From Raillietiella orientalis (taxonomy: Eukaryota): 64,000 nucleotides of DNA. The DNA is taken from contig JAYWIR010000031.1 in NCBI GenBank assembly GCA_036172245.1, positions 2,542,001-2,606,000 of the forward strand, written 5' to 3'. Position numbers and translations under genes: made by a program. The notes below the pieces were generated by a model. That model did not search any database. It was not told the DNA's origin and saw only the letters and a program-made list of their open reading frames with translations. Of this stretch, positions 61,746 to 64,000 are shown piece after piece (positions within the stretch are counted from its first letter, which is position 1; each line of letters opens with the position of its first letter).

Positions 61746-62349
61746 GATCAAAATCCCGAACGATCAAAACACATATGCTTATCATATATGTTGATATATT
61801 TAATAATATGTTTATTATATATAGAGAGATCAAAATGTATTATAAATATTACAAACATGTATGTGTTTATTATGTATATTGAGATATTTATATTTCTATA
61901 TAGATTAATTTACATTATAGAGATAAAAAACAAATGCACATAAATATAAAAATAATGTCACTATTAATGATTATTTATTGATTGTTTACACTTATTGATC
62001 TGCATATGTTACTATTAATGATATGCAGATCAATAAATGTTAACAAATAGTTATATTAAAATGCATTTGTATATTAATGTATATATAAATATGTATATTA
62101 ATATAAATAATAAGCACATGCATATTTTCATAATATATATGATTCGACAGACGCTTCGACAGACGATTTCACAGATATATTGATAGACTCTTCGATAGGA
62201 GATTCGTCAGATGGTTCGATAGACAACAGTTCGATAGATGGTTAGATAGATAGACAAGGTTTACAATAAATAGATCTGTTTATTTTTTATGATCTTTCGA
62301 GATTTTGGTCGTTCGAGATTGGGGCGTAGGGAATTTTGAACCGAACCCC
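61746..62349. mobile_element. Second copy of the CAAAATCCCGAA-ended TIR element, opposite orientation
   Basis: Left end TCAAAATCCCGAACGATCA (61748-61766). The right end TGATCTTTCGAGATTTTGG..AATTTTGAACCGAACCCC (62290-62349) reverse-complements to match the left end of the 41-kb copy (GGGTTTCGGTTCAAAAT..GAAAGATCATAAA). AT-rich interior. Confidence 0.7.
62141..62256. repeat. Degenerate ~12-bp tandem repeat (ttcgayaga core)
   Basis: gattcgacaga cgcttcgacaga cgatttcacaga tatattgataga ctcttcgatagg agattcgtcaga tggttcgataga..., inside the 62-kb TIR element. Confidence 0.8.
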
Positions 62350-64000
62350 AGGAAAGCGGACCCGTTCGCAGGGCAAAGATCTTGTCACCGGGATACCAGG
62401 AATGGGCCAGCAGCGCCGACACGATGACTTGCGCTCCGCGTCCCATATCTTTGCGATGACTGTGTGCATCGGTCGTACCCTCAATGTCTCGAATGCGCCC
62501 TCCGAGTGCGCTTCCCTTTGCGCACTGATGGTGGTTCGTGAACCTCCGTTCTTCCGCTCCCTTGGCTGCTCTTTGCTTTACCGCAAGCTCCTGCTGCTGC
62601 AGCACTTTGCTCGCTGCAACAGCAGCTTGCAGTAACTCGTCCAGGCATTTCTCCCGATGGAATCCAAGCCCGGAGCCGAAAGAGCGAGGGGAGGAGATTT
62701 CTCCGGAAGGAATGGCTCAGAGGAAGAGGATCGCAGACCAAGCGCCTCCTTCAGGGACCATGATCCGCGGGCCGGGAAATTCTCTCTGGGTTCCCGCTCT
62801 CCCGTCCTCCTTCCTATTCCCTCTCGTTCTTGGATGGAAGAACTCTCTCCTCTTTGACGAAGGGAAGTTGCATCTAGGAAGCATGACACGAGGCTGTCTT
62901 GAATCTTTCCATTGGGCATCTTCCTCTTCGTCTCACTTTGGCAGTTACCTCGAGAGTGCAATGTGCAGTCCAGATGCGCTCGCCTCGTTCCAATCCTTCG
63001 AACGCGAGATATTCGCGCTTTCGCTCTTTCGAATCCCCTCCGAATCTCAGTGACCTCCAGACTACGTGGCATTCCTAGGGCCACCCGTTGCTTGGGCAAC
63101 GAGGCAGTCTCAAAGCTACGGCCAGGACTTTCCGACTGGTCGCACTCGAAGGATAACGGCCGCATGGATCGGATCTCCGTAAAGATATCACGGGGGCAAA
63201 ATGACATTCAGATGCGCGAGAAGAAGAACAGGAGATTTGAGATCAAAGGAGGAGGAGGAAGGAGGAAGCTCAGAGTTTCCGTTCGGCGCGACTCCGATGG
63301 ACGCGCTCCCCGAGAGAAGCCATTTCGACATTCCCCGTTCAAAGAGGGATAGGGGAGGCAGTGAGGACTACGGAGCCCGACGAAAGGCTTCCTCCGAGAT
63401 GGTGCAGATGGAAGTCATCTCTTGCCCCTTCGAACGGTTTCCAGATCGAGCAGCGGAACTCCCAACGAAACTGCGATCCCCCCTCACCCCTTGGCAGCCA
63501 CTTCAAGAGGGGTCGAGCCCTCAGGAGTCGTGTGTGCGTCCCGTCTGGGACAGCCTCCGAGGTGCGCCTTAGCTCCTTGGCCGAACCACCTTGCTCTCGT
63601 GGCGCTGCCCGTCCCGACTTCCGAGTCGGTCAAGCGAGCCGGGGTCGCTGAGAGGCCGCTCCTCTTTGGCGCGAGGGACTCGTAAGTTGGTCACTTCCTC
63701 CCGTGTTAGTCCCCCGGCGCGGGAAGGGTAACTCCAGATCGAACTCGTGAGCCACGCATGGGTAGGGTTTTCGAGCCACCCTCTTCCTCCGTCTCTCGCC
63801 ATCCGCCCTTCCTGCTCTCCCATGCTCCGCCTCCGCATCCCGTGCTTCTGTGTCCGTTCGCCTCCGTTAGGCGATCCGCATTCAGCAGACTCCATCGAAA
63901 CGATCCTCCTGGGGAACCGGAGATCCCATCCCGGAAAACACCGCAGGGCGGAAGAAAAGGAAGAGAACTCCCTTCGGAGCTTCCCCGCGACCTCACGTAC

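Noticed and set aside
60893..61943. 257-270 aa ORFs
   Set aside because: They cross exon, intron and TIR-element boundaries with compositional noise; only 61005-61096 is a credible exon.
62141..62256. CRISPR-like or telomeric array
   Set aside because: Degenerate 12-mers without unique spacers in a eukaryotic context; no TTAGGC/TTAGG arrays or cas genes seen anywhere in the window.

Overview
Eukaryotic (invertebrate metazoan) genomic DNA. The 42-54 nt introns and many G/C homopolymer tracts would fit a basal nematode, but the taxon cannot be proven from sequence. Three spliced genes can be reconstructed by hand with consistent exon phases. MOB4/phocein (minus, 27199-29943) and heparan sulfate D-glucuronyl C5-epimerase GLCE/hse-5 (minus, 35513-38139) lie in an AT-rich, CpG-poor island (~26-38 kb). 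A GC-rich agrin/pikachurin-like gene (plus, from 49984, running off the window) joins an NtA domain directly to EGF-LamG-EGF-LamG, with no visible follistatin/Kazal or SEA exons. The flanks contain four copies of a tRNA-headed SINE-like repeat and two TIR elements sharing CAAAATCCCGAA ends but with unrelated, eroded AT-rich interiors. There is also a 1.3-kb segment bounded by 16-bp inverted repeats carrying a decayed RS-rich gene fragment (second copy at 14.4 kb), several perfect hairpins, and probable exons of an unidentified minus-strand gene in 1-24 kb. The most unusual signal is a set of sharply bounded strand-asymmetric patches (C-depleted then G-depleted on the top strand). These resemble a localised cytosine-deamination footprint around a break or ssDNA site. 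Most ORFs in the supplied track are spurious.
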